In this document: one piece after another, positions 49,213 through 64,000 of the stretch | Layout: each line of letters opens with the position of its first letter | Position numbering within the stretch: position 1 is the first letter of the stretch | Position numbers and translations under genes: made by a program | Source: Chrysomallon squamiferum | Taxonomy: Eukaryota; Animalia; Mollusca | DNA length: 64,000 nucleotides | NCBI GenBank assembly: GCA_012295275.1 | Contig: CM022665.1 | Span: forward strand, 23,188,001 to 23,252,000 | Reading direction: 5' to 3' | Notes under the pieces: generated by a model | Told to the model about the DNA's origin: nothing | Seen by the model: the letters and a program-made list of their open reading frames with translations, nothing else | The model's database searches: none

Positions 49213-49957
49213 AAGTATATATATTTGTATGTCTGTGTGTCCTTGTGCTTAAATGTATATGTATGTATGCATGCATGGAAGTATGTTTGTATATATGTCT
49301 GTCGGAATATGTTTCTCTGTCTTTGCATATAATGTTTTGTGTTTGTATATATGCATGTATGTCACTATATTTGTGTGTAAGACTATGTATTTGTGTATAA
49401 CTATGTGCCTTTGTAATGCATGTGTGTATGGATACAACTAAATGTATGTAGTATGTTCTAATGTGTGTTTCGAGAGGTAAATCAGTGTAAGATGCACACT
49501 CGTTGCCAACGACTTACTTAAAGTAGATTCATTTGTGATAGTTCCTTTATCGTAACATATGTACTAAGCATATATTTCAGCAAATATCCTAAATCATAAT
49601 GTTTTGTATGAATATGCGCTTCTGTGTATACGTGTGTTTATATCTGTAAGTCTGCATGCCTAGTATGTTTGTACGTACGTATTTATTATATGTTGCATTT
49701 GTGCCCAAATCTATATACATAATGTAAAAGTATGGCGGTATTTCAAAACATAAGAAGAAGGAGAAGAAGAAGAGAAACAGGAGAATGAGTGCTACAAAGA
49801 GCAGGGAACTCAAGTACAATTTAAAAGAGAAATACTATCACAGTTGTCTCCCCGTCTCCCTGTTTAAAAATATTTAGAAAACGGAATAATAATAATAATA
49901 ATATCGTTATTATTATTAGTGACGTTATTATAATTACTAGCATCATTATCATCATCA

Positions 49958-50009
<52 letters not shown>

Positions 50010-50791
50010 CAACATATTTTAAGTACTATTAAAAGGCTTCATAAGTATGACTAAGACCGCACATAGAAGAAGAACGGAAATCTGTTGTTGCCGCTAATCT
50101 TTTGGGATGAGCAGCAATGAATATTTTATGTACACCTTCCCATACCAAGATCATCACTGGGACCATGGCCTATGTATTAAGAAGAAAACTCACAATCGTA
50201 AAGTGCATTATTATTTTAATATACTTTTTCTCTGGCTTTAAAATGATAATATTAGTAATATTTTGATTTGTTGTTGATTAGATTAACAAAACAGATGTGC
50301 TGATTCTGGCTGAAGCATAATAATTCAAAAAAAAAAAAAAAATTAAAAAGATCTGAAACAAAATACGAGAGTGCACTCACTTCTATTACGGGACTAAACA
50401 AATTGATTAATCATTTAGAACTTTTAAAATATATAAAAATTAACAACAAAAAATAAATTCTAAATATGAAGAAACCGAAGGAGGAGAGTTTAAATTCACT
50501 TAAATAAAAAAGTTAAATTCATTGAATTTTATGAAAATTCATAGAGTAAAACTTTAATATTTTCATTAAAATTTAAAAAAAAAACCAACAGAGTGCATGG
50601 AATATTGGCAGTTTGGTAGTAATAAGCGGAAATACAGTAACAAACATTTGAAAGCAGCTGATAATAATTTCAATAAAAGTGAAATGTGAAAATGTTTTTA
50701 CGCCATATCGATTATATAATATTACAGGAATATATATATTTTTTTTTTACAAAACTGTTCCTGGGTAAGATACTTTCCACAAAGGAACAAG

Positions 50792-52357
50792 TTAATGTTT
50801 GCTGGCGACCATTCGTGGGATCTCGTAGGACCCTGTTTCGTACAGATTCTGTTTGCTGCCCTCCACGTTACGTCGTGATGACACAACTCGAACAATGAAA
50901 ACGAGGCAGATCACGAGGAGGATGAAACACGCCACCGCCATCGCAACCACTGCCGCCGTCATTTTGTTGACGTCGACGCATTCTGTTTCAGGTTTCTGTT
51001 GCTCAAAATCTGTAAGAAAACTGTCTGTATATAATTTGCGATAAAGGTTTCTCTGACATTGCTATTGGTATTTATTATTAGTTCGGACGTACAGTGAGAC
51101 ATTAAAAAGAATACCGATTTATCAAGCATTCTTTTTCATAGCACAATACCACAGTTAATTTTTATATGCAATATATCCAATATTTCTTAAATTATATAAC
51201 TTATTTACAAGAATAAATCGTTCAAAATAAACTGATTTAAATACTGTATGAAAGCTTGTTTTTATTACCAGGTTATTTGAGACAGACTTTTTTTAATTTA
51301 ATTTTTATTATCTCTCTTTTTCTTTCTTTCCTTCTTTTTATTCTCTCTGTCTGTCTGTCTATCTCTATCTCTTTGTCTCTCTTTCTAAACTTTCAAAATG
51401 TTCCAACAACGCACTTACTATTCTGAAGCGACTCAACCACGTTGATCTTATAGTTAACAATTCTTGTTGTGTTGTCTGCAATCTGAGTTGATCTCTTTCT
51501 TCTTTTTGAACACTGTAATATTCGTTTAAAATCATCTAATTATTTTGTTTCTAAAGTTTTTAAATTGTTCCTCTTCTTTTTCTTCAATTTTCTTATTTTT
51601 TTTATTATTACTGTTATTTTTTAATTTATTATTATATCTATATCTATATCTATATCTATCCATATATATAGATATAATTTAGCTATACTATTGTGTTAAG
51701 GTGTTCATACATAAATTTCTTATTTGCATAATTCCAAAATGGCCGCCAAATACAACATTCAACAGTATCTGGACTTCTACCTAACTTACATAATTGTTCT
51801 TAATCGCTAGGACAATGTTTGACCAATTTGCAATTTAGCATAACAATTGGACATAAAAAAAAAAAAAAAAAAAAAAACGTGTTTGAACGATACTGTTATT
51901 AGGTAATCAGTACTGATAATGGAGTTACCGTAGATGCGGCACATGCTGCATCGGAAACGTCAAGACATGTTTTAATTGTGAAGGTCCACGTCAGATCAGT
52001 TGCGTCGTTGAATTTCACAACGAATAAAACTGCAGTGGCTTCCAGAGGATTGGTCCCGCTAGTAGCTGGCGCTGGTGATCCTACAAAAGCTTCTGTAGCA
52101 GTCTGAGGACAGCTGAAGAATGAGAATTTCAGAACTATCGTTTTACATTCATATCATTATCATCTTCATCAGCATTATCATCATCATCATCATCATCATC
52201 ACTGATTTCTTAACAAAATGTTATTCCTGCTGCGATTAAAATGCAGTAGTCTGGAAATTATATTCACTGTTTATTTACTATCCATTATCTGTTTTCAATA
52301 GTTCTATAACTATCAACAACAATACTGCTTGATAAATAGATGTGATTAATAAATGTA

Positions 52358-52456
<99 letters not shown>

Positions 52457-52692
52457 ATGATGATCATGATAATAAAATTTTACTTACCCAGTGTCAACAA
52501 TGGTAATGCCTGTTGCCCCTGTTGCTGACACGACAATTTTGTCTACTTTGATTTTTGCTAAGTCTGAAAGCAGTCAATAATGTAATTCACACAAATGATT
52601 TTATATCAACTATGTAGTTCCTTAAGCTAGTATAAATATACCAAAAAAATTAATTCAATAGTGAAGATATACGTGGGTGGAGATATATATAT

Positions 52693-52784
<92 letters not shown>

Positions 52785-53134
52785 TGTGTGTGTGTGTGTG
52801 TGTGTGTCTCAAACGTACCACTGTTTCCAGTTAAAGTGAATGTAATTTGGGCTCCAACATTCTGGGTTAGTTCGGTAGGATTTGCAACCAGGCCAACTTG
52901 TCCAACTTCACCTGTTTCAGATACATCACCAAATCCCGTACTGTGAAAATAGGTAAGAATATTTAACAACGAAAATACTGCATAGATATGCACGTGTAAT
53001 ACCAGTTATTAATAACAGGTAGAATAGTTGTCATTAGTAATTAATGATACATTTAAAATTTAATGTAACAGAACTATCTGACATTTGACTGAAACTGAAT
53101 ATGTTCATTTATGCCAGAGATATATAAACAAACA

Positions 53135-53226
<92 letters not shown>

Positions 53227-56200
53227 TTTAAAATAAGAGTGATACAATTTACAAAATAAACGCTACTGTTTGCTTTGTTGTTCGCTATTACGATAGACAA
53301 TGAAACTTACGTGTCATCAACGTTGACAGTGGTCACTTTATATTCCTTTAAAATTTCACCGTCAAAAACACATTGGAAAACCACAACAAAATCAGCATCA
53401 GTGAGAACTGTGGAACTTTCTTTCACCACTAACTTCCTTTCCCACGTTTGCACAGTCTGTTATAAATAATAAATTACTGTTGTGATACTAGCAGTAGTAA
53501 GACAAACAGCTGAAGGAAGAAGTGGAGAAGAAGTATAGCAATAGTGGTGACGGCAACAGTACTAATACCTTTAATAGTTGTAGTAGTAGTAGTAATTGTA
53601 GAAGTAGTAGTAGTACTAGTAATAATAATAGTATTGGTAGCAGTCATAATAGAAAAAGTTCGAATCAGTAATCATTCTGATAGAATTAGAGATAGATGTA
53701 GTAGCGATACATTATATAACAAAGTGAACAAAAAAAAATGAGAATAATAATAATAGTGCTGCTGCTGTTGATGATGATGATAATAATGTCAGTGAAAAGT
53801 AAATACAGTAATTTTCTCTATTTTCTTTTGTTTGTTGTTGTAAGTGTCCGCACAACACAGACAAAAATATACAAATGTGACAATAGACTAGTCAGCATTA
53901 TTATAATTTGTATCTGTGAGCAAGGACATCATTCTTAAAAATATAAGTGAAATAATAAGTCCGTTTCGTTTTCTTCTATTAGTGGAAAATGCCACTGATT
54001 ACAGAATCGCACGAAAGATTACGATTTGTGTATTGAACATTTTTCTGTTTTCATGATATTTAATTGTTTCTGTTTTATTTAACTTATCAGCCAAACGTTA
54101 TGTAACTGGTGTCATCCCTAGATCACATTCAGCAAAATTTCGAGAAAGAAATGTACCTTCATTAGTAAAATACATTAGGTTAATAGTATTTGTGTGTTTC
54201 GTCATCGAAGGCTAGTTTAGGAGAATTACAAAAAATAATTAAAAAAAAATAAATAAATACGTACTCCTGATACTGTTGGAGTAATATCACCACAAGTTGC
54301 GTCTGTGTGGGGTATTGTTTTAGTGAATGGTCCTGTTCCCGTGGCTGTGCATGCTGTTTGTCCCAAAACATAAATACCTCCGTTAGGAGTAAATGCAGGT
54401 GTTAGTGACACACTCATATCATCCTTTGAACATGTGACAGTAACTGAAAATAAATGCAGCCCAAAAAACTAAATTTAATTTAAAACACAGGAAGCCAAGT
54501 ACTTAGAAGCCGAATAATTAAGGGATGAACGTAATCTATATGAATGTGTGAAGAATAAGTGGAAGAATGACTGACTAACATTGCATCGACATGAGAAATT
54601 TTGTATTGGTTTTGACAAAAAACGAAAAAAAACCCCAACAAAAAACGTTATTTCCATGAAGACACAGATTATACTCAAAACAAGTTTTTATTTCACTTTA
54701 TTTTTGACAACAACAGCTGCTTCCAACATAATGCATATTTAATTGAACGCACGCTATAAGTGTAATGAAATACGATATTTAAACTGCCATGTATCTATAC
54801 TTACAACGTTTAGTTTCACACTTCGTTCCCATGTATTCGGGAGTACAGTAACACACTGGATCAGTTCCTCCGGCTGCATCATCAGAACACGAAGCTCCAT
54901 TCTGACATCCGAAAGTACCACAGTCACCGCCATCTTTGTTCACTGTTCAAGAATTAATACAAATGATCAGAGAGATATTCGTTGTAAGAATTACACTTAA
55001 GCTACGAGGCCGCACATAAGGAAGTTACTTGACGTAAAGAATACGAATGTAAATCTATCATAATTCCGAATACACGCAGATACAATTATTAATACAGCTG
55101 GATGTGCGAAAATTCTGTTTTGCTACAGGATTGATGTTATTTTCAAATACCTTTCATAATGACTTTCCGAACTAATATATTCAACCAGCTTTTTCTCCAT
55201 GAAGAATTATGTCTTGGAAAATTGGAAGGTTTTGTCGGTTTGCTATATTATTAGAAATTTTCTTTTTACTTTCTTTTTTCTTCCCCTTTTATTCATTAAA
55301 ATAGTAATAATAATAATAACAAACGAACAAAAACAAATATCCATATATAACATTATAAACACTACAATGACCGCTTTTTCGTTAAGATATTTACTAGAAA
55401 TAAATAAAAATGTTGTTATCCTTATTAATCTTTTCAATTACTGCCTTTTTACATATCAAAACGGTGATTACTAATACAATAGCATTTCCGTAGATCTGCA
55501 CCAGGAGAAATTGCTTCTTTTTTTGTTGGAAAAAACCCCATACAACACCCCCACACACACACACCCCGAAATACTGCTAACCATTTAATTAGTTAGTCAC
55601 TCTACGTATTTCTCCAAGAAATATCAAAGTGCCAATATTTAATCATAAAAATAGTTTAATATTATCATCGTGTTGTTTTCATCACTACAAAATAAATTTA
55701 CAGAGTAAAAAAGTAATAATAATAATAAGAAGAAGAAGAAGAAGAAGAAGAAGATGATGATGATTATAATGATGATTATGATGGCAATAACGAAGAAAAA
55801 GAACACCAACAATTCATCCTAGTAACCTTTTATTACAAGTAAATCTATTCTCACTTACCAGAATCAAAAGTACAGTCATATCCTTTTCCATCACACCCTG
55901 TGCATGTTCCATCAGCACTGCAGGTTCCACCGGCTGCACACGACAACTGAGGATTTCGACAATCCCAAAATACAGCAGTCGCTGAAGATGAAGAAGGAAA
56001 ACTGAAAATCAGTCATGTTTTACAACGATGCGACGTAAGACGTTCACGTGTAAAAAAGCTGGCGCTCGACAACACAAATAGACACACACACTGTTAGCTA
56101 TTTTACGCCTATGCAGAAGTTTATTTGGTTAAAGTTTACATTGGTTACTGTACAAAATTTAGATATCCAGGTTATAATAGAATATGAGACTCTACTGCTA

Positions 56201-56336
56201 GATTTTTTTTACATTCCTGTAACGTAAAAATCTTTTGTTAGTATTGTTGGTTTATTCTTTACAGTTCGAATCATATCCATGATTTTATTATTGATTTGTT
56301 ACCCAGTTAAATAAACTATTTCTTTATTTATTTATT

Positions 56337-56369
<33 letters not shown>

Positions 56370-56731
56370 GTTGTTGTTGTTGTTGTTGTTGTTGTTATTA
56401 CTACTGTTGTTGTAAGTTTTTAATCAGTTCGTATCTGTAAATCCTTTTACTTATATATAAAAGACACCACTTTGAGTCAAAAAAGACAAAACATTTTTAA
56501 AATCATAAAAAAAACCAAATGGTAATTATTAAATCTTCAGATTTGTCTTATACACGCTTTATATTTTGTCTTGAATACTAGTTTGTTAATATGTTATTAT
56601 AATAATAATAATAATTATTATTATTATTATTATTATTATTACTGATCTTCTAGATATATAATTTATGTTCCCTTCGAATTAGAAATAAATTATTATTTGT
56701 TGATTTGTGTCTGTCATTAGCATTTACGCCA

Positions 56732-56790
<59 letters not shown>

Positions 56791-56894
56791 AACATTATTT
56801 CCCTCTTTCTCTTTAGAAAGAAAATCATATTATAAAAATATTTACCCCCTGATATTCCCAGCAAAAGTAGAAGGAAAGTCTTTCCTCTCATCAT
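50792..56894 (-). CDS. EGF-EGF-ZP transmembrane protein, paralog B3 (442 aa, intact)
   Basis: Exons 56894-56846, 55981-55859, 54942-54805, 54443-54265, 53456-53311, 52940-52819, 52563-52488, 52112-51929, 51512-51419, 51009-50792; GT-AG, 1329 nt in frame. Signal MMRGKTFLLLLLGISG; furin KRRKR; tail ..YEIPRMVASKH*. Confidence 0.92.
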
Positions 56895-57230
56895 TGACAC
56901 GCTGAAAAAACAAACAAAAAAATAAAAAGTTCGTGATATATATTGTTTTCTTAGTATTATACTGTTAATAAATATCAGAAATACATTCTCGTTCGCCATA
57001 GATTAGAAACTAAATCGAAATTCTGATTAATTTACCACAAATATTCATCCATTCATGTATTTGCAAATGACAATTTTATAAATTTTACTAAAAATTTCTT
57101 TTGAATAAACACCACACAACATTTGTGCTTCTAATATTTCTTATCTCAAAAGAAAACAAAAATTTATCTCTTTGCAGTTTAGATTCAAAGTTAAAAAATA
57201 AAATCAATAGTAATCAAAATTAATACTTAC

Positions 57231-57346
57231 AAATAGAAACGTTTCTAGATAATATTTTATCTGTACGGAATTGCAGGTTGTTTTTCATCGAACATCAGCT
57301 CGACTTCGATTTTATACATTTTGGTCTTTTTTGCATATTCAAATTT
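57231..57346 (-). promoter_or_regulatory. B3 non-coding first exon and promoter (TATA plus octamer-like)
   Basis: Donor GTAAGT at 57230; TATAAAA 57316-57310; ATGCAAAA 57336-57329; matches the B2 promoter block. Confidence 0.6.
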
Positions 57347-57481
57347 AATTAACCGACTTAGAGGGTGGTCCTTACAATGTACAGGAAAACGTTTTTTTCA
57401 TCCATACATAGGGTACCTGAAACTGGGTGCGCATGAATACTTTATAGATTTAATTTATGAACGGATAAATAAACTACGTCA

Positions 57482-57599
<118 letters not shown>

Positions 57600-57695
57600 C
57601 TGCTCTGCTCTGAATTTAAGAACTGATTATATGCAATAGATTTATTAATGATAATGGATTCTGATTTTAGGCTCATGTGAAGGTTACAATGAAAA

Positions 57696-57730
<35 letters not shown>

Positions 57731-58535
57731 CGTATAGTTATAAGAGTTATTCATTAAATGACGGCTAAAAAAATAATACAAATAAATAAAATGACCAGTT
57801 ACATTGGTTTGGTTACTACTTAATAACAATATCTGAAAAACATTAAATTGCTGATAATAAAATTTAGCTTTAAGATGTTATACATCCATCAAAATATATT
57901 TCAATACAGGGGGAAAATAGAAATATTTAAAAAATATATTAACACGCCCTAAAGAATAAAAGTAATATTTGTTCAGCAAAACTAACTTTTAACAAAGAGA
58001 ATATTTTTGGAATCGTATAAATAAATCTTCACTGAACTTACTAAAAATTAATTTTGTTTTTACATATAGGTTTTTCATACCTAATTTCTGGGGTTATGCA
58101 CGTATTAATTCATTTATCGCAATTCATTGATTTTATTATTCTAATATTTTTGTTTTTAAATCTCGTCTTTAGTTATTGTTGTTGTAGTTCTTCTTCTTCT
58201 TTTTCTTCTTTTCTTCTTCTTCTTCTTCTTCTTCTTCTTATTATTATTATTATTATGTCTCGGAAAAATATTGAGTTTTCTTTGCTTCTTTACATTTATG
58301 TGTTGATTTATATTATTTTCTCTTTTGTGAAGTTTTTCAAATAAACATAGTTTTTAATATTTCATTACAATGTCGTGTACGTAGCAGCTGACTTCATTTT
58401 GTCTTTTATTTTGCGAAACTTTTTATTATTTTGTTTATTCTGTATTCTGCGTCATAGATGAAAAACTGAAAAGAGAAATAAAATATACCTGCAAAATAAG
58501 AGACGTCATGGTAGATGGTTTCTTATTTATCATCT

Positions 58536-58575
<40 letters not shown>

Positions 58576-58993
58576 CTATATACTTTTTATTAATTTCAAC
58601 TTTATATTAGAATTTAGTTTTTTTTTTTTGTTGGGGGGTTGTTGTTTTTTTCATTTATTTTATGCTGGGTGTCAGTAGGATTTATTATCTCTTCCTTTTT
58701 GTATTATTATTGAATTGTCAGTTTTCAATAAAAGCATTTTTGTGATTTTCCTTGTAGATACCATTTAATTAATTATTTATTTATATTTGTCAACTGACAG
58801 ATGGTTAGATTCCAAGGTAAGTAGGAAGGAGTAAGTATGTATGTATGTATGTGAATGTATTTATCGGCACACACACACACACACATACATATATACATAT
58901 ATACATTCACATACATATATATATATATACACACATACGTACGTATGTGTATAACAGCATTTGTTGTAGTTATGTGCGAGTCTGTACGTGTGT

Positions 58994-59060
<67 letters not shown>

Positions 59061-59959
59061 CATACATACAGTATATGTGTGTGTTTGTGCTTTTTCAGTT
59101 ATTATTCTCCTTAACCCGGTTATGTTGTTTACTGTGTGAAACGAAAGCTGGTCCACATAATTTTATTCAGAGATATCAATAAATACATTTTTAAAATCGT
59201 GAGAAAATAACAAGACTGACATTTTAATTACAGCTAATACATAAAGATGGACAAATTTTAAATTAAAATTTTGCTATCAAATTAAGAGTTAGCCTAAAAT
59301 CACGAAGCACGACGTTTTATTACAAGTTTTTGTTTTCTTTTCTTTTTTTTTTCTTTCAGAAAGAAAACGTTAAACAGAGATAAACATGTAATAAAATGGT
59401 TTTATTAGGTGGCTATGAATGAGATGAATCAGTTCGTTTTCATATAAGGAAAATAAGATTTTGTTGTCTTTTTTTTTCTTCTTCGTCATCTTCTTCTTCT
59501 TCTTTTTCTTTTTTTACATTTTTTTTTATATACATATAAACCGATAGGCTGTGGCCGGGTAAATATAAAAAAAAAAAAATAATAATCACAATTATTATGT
59601 CTGACTTTTCATGGTTTTCGTTAAAAAATAAGAACAGAGGTTCACCTAAAATCTCTCGTTCTCTGGCATACTAACTTTTGAACGAAATAAAATTGAATTG
59701 CGTTTTCTGGGCGTTTCTTAACAAATGTAATAAAAATCTAAAATTAGGAAAAAACATGAAAACACAAACGTCGTCGACATGATTCACACACCGTTTCTCC
59801 CGTAGTTGACCACTTTAATAAAGTTGTTAGACTTTACTAACGTTTTTAGCTACATATAATGCATGTTTTCATATAATGTTTGTTACATGTTGCACCTAAC
59901 TAGACACACACACACACACACACACACAGATATATATATATGTGTGTGTTTATACATAC

Positions 59960-59994
<35 letters not shown>

Positions 59995-60720
59995 CACATA
60001 CACATACATAGACTGAGATGCATTGACACAGATATAGCGACTCTTTTGAATCTAATTAAAAATATATCGCCGAACATGACTGTAAAACTTTAAAGTTGTC
60101 CATTCGCTTTCCAGTTGTTACATCATTCTTTCTTCTTTGTCTTATCATCATCGTCATCACCATATTGATCATATTCATCATCATCTAGCTTGTGACATTA
60201 TAACCACAGCTAAAAGTACAAAGGTTATAATTAAGAGCATTAAAGTTATCTAATAAGAAATTTTATTTTTCAAATTCATAATGAACTAACTATTACAGCG
60301 ACACATCAAGTATCACCACTTAAATACAAGTTCACGGTAAAAGTTTCATCGTTATTAAAAGTGCTGTCGTTTGAGTTATATGGTTGGATCGGGAACAGGA
60401 GCAGTCGTCCCAGAAAATATTCTCTTTCTAGAAAAATGAAATAGAAATGTTTCCAACAGAATAATAGGATTTTCAAAAATGAATTGAAATTAGAACATTA
60501 TTTTACAGTGCTATGTCAAATGAATGCTAAATAGTTATATGTTGATTCAGAACCTCTGATGTGTCACAAGAACGTAATCATACTGTTGGACAGAAAAGTG
60601 TAAATAGGAAAAACAGTAGCCTATGTTTTATTTTATCCTTTCACTAAGAATTAATTGCAAATATAATACTACAGTAATTGTTCAAGAGTTGGAAATGGAA
60701 GAACTAAGAATGCTGTATAC

Positions 60721-61039
60721 CAGGGATCACCAACACGGTAACCGCGGTCACCAGGTCGTGCCCAAGAACCGCATGAGTCGCCAGCAGGCCTGTTCCTAAA
60801 ATATTTAAACAATTACTGAGATCAATAGCATTAAAGGTTGAATATTGATATTATCTGTATCCAGCCTTGTTAAGTCACTGGTGATAATTCACACAGATGG
60901 GTATCACTAATAATAATATATAACTAAAGATAAACTGAACAAATTTGTTATTTCAGAAGAGCGTAACAAACTGATAGCCCTTCGTATGACTCAGTACCTA
61001 CGAAGTAGCTCTCGTGTTCAAAATGCTTGGTGACCCCTG
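60721..61039. mobile_element. hAT-type MITE (second family)
   Basis: TIRs cagggatcaccaa / ttggtgacccctg; 8-bp TSD ctgtatac (60713-60720) / ctgtgtac (61040-61047), 7 of 8 identical. Confidence 0.85.
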
Positions 61040-61098
61040 CTGTGTACTCTGCTGATTTACAGTCTTATGAAAAAGATTGTATAATTAGATTTTAAAGG

Positions 61099-61129
<31 letters not shown>

Positions 61130-61312
61130 CTCATTAACATACCTCTCTTTTTTCACACTTTAAGATATTTTTTCTTGATTGTTGTTGTTGTTGTTGCTAC
61201 TGTTGTTGTTATTATTATTATTATTCTGAACCCGAAAGCCCAAGTAGACCTTAAGTAGAGCGGTTTGTAAGCTTATAATAATAATAATAATAATAATAGT
61301 AGTAGTAGTAGT

Positions 61313-61352
<40 letters not shown>

Positions 61353-61683
61353 ATAGTAGCGGGGAAATCACCGTTTTTTTGTTTGGTTGTTTGTTTGGGG
61401 AGTTTTTTTTGTCAAACATTTGGAAAAATTATTGAGGGTCCGCATAACGAAATCACTTTTCTGAAACGATTTAAACGGATGGTGTGAAATGTGATGACAC
61501 GGATGACGAAACGTCTTTTGGCACCTGCTGATTTTACTATTATCACGGACAGCGTGTACGGATATCCTTGAACCATTTTTTTATTTTTTTATTTTTAGCA
61601 CCTAACCTCACATATTTTCACATGATACCGTAATAATAATATTTCACGTTCATGCTAAAACGGTGAATATTGTATACTGGACA

Positions 61684-61758
<75 letters not shown>

Positions 61759-61761
<3 letters not shown>

Positions 61762-62484
61762 TAGATTATCAGTAAGGCAGTAAGGGACAGAACTCGTGTA
61801 GAAGTAAAACTCGTTGTTATTGACTAAATTAAGTCCCCTTACCTTATTACTTTGTCTTAATATATTTAAAAAGTAAAAGACATAATTTAGTGTTTCAGAA
61901 ACATTATTATTATAGCTGATCAAACTGTTTTACGGTAGCGAGGATGTAAATACAATTTTAAAATCAATAAAGACTAATAATGTCATAAAGATAATAACCA
62001 CGCTCTAATGTTTTCTAATATACAGTGAAACGGGCCATATAATCCGTGATACCTTGTACCTCTCTAGTTATTCTCTAAATATCGCTGATGGTTATTATGG
62101 GCAGCTCCACAGGGACGGATGTTACATTCAGAGGGAAAAGAGCCAGGGATATTTATGGCTTGATGGGTAATCAGAAATAAGTGCGAAACGCAAGTTACAT
62201 CCAAAGGAAATGGGCAAAAACCAACAGAAACCATAAAATTGATGAAATAAATATTTGCCCTTGGAGTGAAGATGACATGTTTGTAGAAGACTGTTACTTA
62301 CAATTCACCTTGAAAACAAAGTATAAAATTATTACATAAATTGTGTGTGACGGACGTTACCCTAGCGGATATTACATTTTGTCCGTTGATAAAAAAAAAT
62401 AATAATAAAAAAAAATAAAAAGATGAAGTTCTTTGTTCATAAGTACTAGAACCTGGTCCATCGCTGTAAATATTAATGATGTGG
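61759..62484. repeat. Inverted, MITE-free copy of the 43394-44441 repeat
   Basis: Reverse-complement similarity along its length; abuts (CA)n at 61687-61759. Confidence 0.85.
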
Positions 62485-63777
62485 CTTTGGTGACTTTTAA
62501 CAAAACCTTCATAGACATTTAATATTATACTTAAGCCATAGGTGATTTGCCATTTTCTCCTTTGAATTGTTCATTCACCCTTATTCAGCATCCTGCAATT
62601 GTTCTAAAGATAATGTTCATCTAATAACTATTGAAAATTTTCTTAGAAAATCACGGCAGAGGAACGTTCCATACAAATGAAAAAAGTATTTGATTTTATA
62701 TGATACTGATTCATTAAAAATTAATGGATGTGAAAAAAAAAAAAAGAAAGAAAAAAAAAGATAAATGTACTGTCATCTATCATATTTAAAGGTTGTATCG
62801 GAATATGTGGTTAATAGAAATCGGGATCCTTTTCACAGATCATGGTAACCTTTCATTCATCTTAGATCGGAACTCTCCATATTTACCAGTAATGACTTAC
62901 TCACATCTGTAGAAGATTAAGTATTAGCGAAATCACATACACGTACACACGCACACATGTACACATATACGTACATACATATAGGTACATACATACATAA
63001 ACACATACATACATGAATACATAAACTTTAATATTTTAACACCAACGCAGTTAAACAGATAAGCACACATTGTAATATATGCGTTCACGAGGAATGTATT
63101 TTCAAAAAATTCATCAGTTAACTCCACAGACATATATATTAACTGTATAGATGACCTGATTATGTCAGTAACGTTTGTCGAAATTTGAATTCAATGTAGA
63201 CGAAATAAAGCTGCAAAGCTCTGTGTCAAATATGAAATCCATTATCAGAAACATCTGAGAAAAAAAAAAAAAAAAAGTAGGTGGAAGCCTTATTAAATTG
63301 CCAAGTTAGCCACTACCAAAAAATATTTTTGTGACACATTTAAATCAATGAATGAATGAATGGACATTCTGTACAATCTATCAGCTAGAGGATATATATT
63401 CTGAAGCTGTCTTGACTGAACATATTATTATCTATAACGTTATCTATATGACTGAATTTACCTCTCTATTTGATGTGCTCGGCAAACGTAGGTAGCGGCA
63501 AGAAGGAGACAAAAAGATTCTTCACACATGGGACCAAACTGTATCCTCATCTGTAACACAGTGCTTTAATTTCCATTCAGACAAAGCTGTAAGACTGGTA
63601 TATCAAAAGTCAATACCAGTCTCCTAATGGGGGGGGTTCTCTTACAAAAACCCTCTCCCGAAAAAAAAACACAAAAAAAAAAAACAACAACAAAAAAACA
63701 ACAACAAAAAAAAAAAAGAACAAAATAAAAACATAGGCGTTTGACAAATAGTAATTACTAACATTAACCTTATTGGG

Positions 63778-63846
<69 letters not shown>

Positions 63847-63941
63847 CGCCCTCTGTTTATCCATCCATCTAATTTTTTTAAATGTATTTTTTTTTCAATT
63901 TTTTTTTTTTTTTTTTTTTATTTTTTTTATTATTATTATTT

Positions 63942-63999
<58 letters not shown>

Positions 64000-64000
64000 A

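Overview
AT-rich, microsatellite-dense animal genomic DNA, most likely a gastropod mollusc (inferred from the gene family and repeats). Almost all ORFs in the supplied track are microsatellite artefacts. Manual splicing with GT-AG sites and phase checks gives four minus-strand genes. (A) A 4-exon, 400-aa secreted protein at 10586-12747, with two His-rich FD..FY/YPDL..HY..G..E.R repeats and a bacterial-looking C-terminal domain. (B1, B2, B3) A tandem cluster of three 10-coding-exon genes of architecture signal-EGF-EGF-ZP-furin site-TM, resembling molluscan EGF-ZP/ELDP shell-matrix proteins, at 15222-20148, 29836-36599 and 50792-56894. The cluster is heavily reshuffled. It has six copies of the terminal TM/tail exon, one inverted so that it forms a perfect 93-bp hairpin. 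It also shows reciprocal 3' blocks, a 1-nt frameshift in B2, gene-conversion patches and a signal-peptide exon swap at a (CT)n tract. Also present: three hAT-type MITEs (one with its empty site in the window), a tRNA-derived SINE and several local duplications. Family assignments are from recognition, not from database searches.
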